From a virus (taxonomy: Duplodnaviria > Caudoviricetes): DNA of 33,751 nucleotides. Below are positions 33,566 to 33,751 of this stretch, one piece after another (position 1 is the stretch's first letter; the number at the start of each line of letters is the position of its first letter). Made by a program: the position numbers and the translations under genes. Where the stretch lies: the IMG/VR virus record IMGVR_UViG_3300032253_000026, positions 1-33,751 of that record. One strand, given 5' to 3'. The notes below the pieces were generated by a model. The model worked only from the letters and a program-made list of their open reading frames with translations, had not been told where the DNA came from and did not search any database.

Positions 33566-33751
33566 ATGTATATTGAAATACATGATCACAGCACTCTGGA
33601 ACAGGACGCGCTATACTTCAAATTAAACAACGCTTTAAATCTAAGCATTGAATACACAAAGAATATAAAGCTAGTAGGCATATACGCTATTTTTAGCGGT
33701 AATACTTGCTTATATGTAGGTCAAAGCAAGAATTTTGCAAGCCGACTTGCG
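33566..33751 (+). CDS. GIY-YIG nuclease family protein (5' part, truncated; not in ORF track)
   Basis: MYIEIHD...GIYAIFSGNTCLYVGQSKNFASRLA. Confidence 0.85.
   Translation, partial: MYIEIHDHSTLEQDALYFKLNNALNLSIEYTKNIKLVGIYAIFSGNTCLYVGQSKNFASRLA

Larger units (their letters stand above)
1..33751 (+). mobile_element. Tailed bacteriophage genome segment (siphovirus-type; probable Campylobacterota host)
   Basis: Co-oriented terminase, portal, capsid, neck, tail tube, tape measure, holin and endolysin genes plus a recombination module; no host housekeeping genes; no sheath gene. Confidence 0.97.

Overview
The window holds most of a small tailed-phage genome (siphovirus-type, non-contractile tail). 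Every credible gene is on the + strand, and there is no integrase, canonical repressor, tRNA, CRISPR array or reverse transcriptase. The host is probably a member of the Campylobacterota (Sulfurimonas/Arcobacter-like). This is inferred from the SSB sequence, the (T/A)TAAG(C/T)-N21-TAnAAT and TGnTATAAT promoters, and the GH108 endolysin variant. Gene order: ParB/Srx + unknown + PAPS-reductase-like (IbrB/X/IbrA) cassette; nuclease/recombination genes (VRR-NUC, HNH-like, Sak3-like annealase, NinB-like, SSB); many small accessory and membrane ORFs; terS, terL, portal, MuF, scaffold, epsilon15/BPP-1-type capsid and cement; neck and tail genes with a -1 frameshifted chaperone; tape measure; a compact tail tip with a beta-propeller protein; lysis genes; HNH-AP2; early genes; a truncated GIY-YIG gene. 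The most notable observations are: (1) three unannotated leader elements with the same architecture (a hairpin whose loop is complementary to a downstream segment, i.e. a pseudoknot or switch), two of them with homologous covarying stems and placed between a promoter and a nuclease gene; (2) the three-gene IbrB-X-IbrA putative DNA-modification cassette, alongside an apparent scarcity of CCAG/CTGG; (3) a dispersed early promoter/RBS module that drives very acidic, DNA-mimic-like proteins; (4) palindromic tandem repeats inside terS (candidate pac site). All product calls come from motif recognition by eye; no database searches were run.
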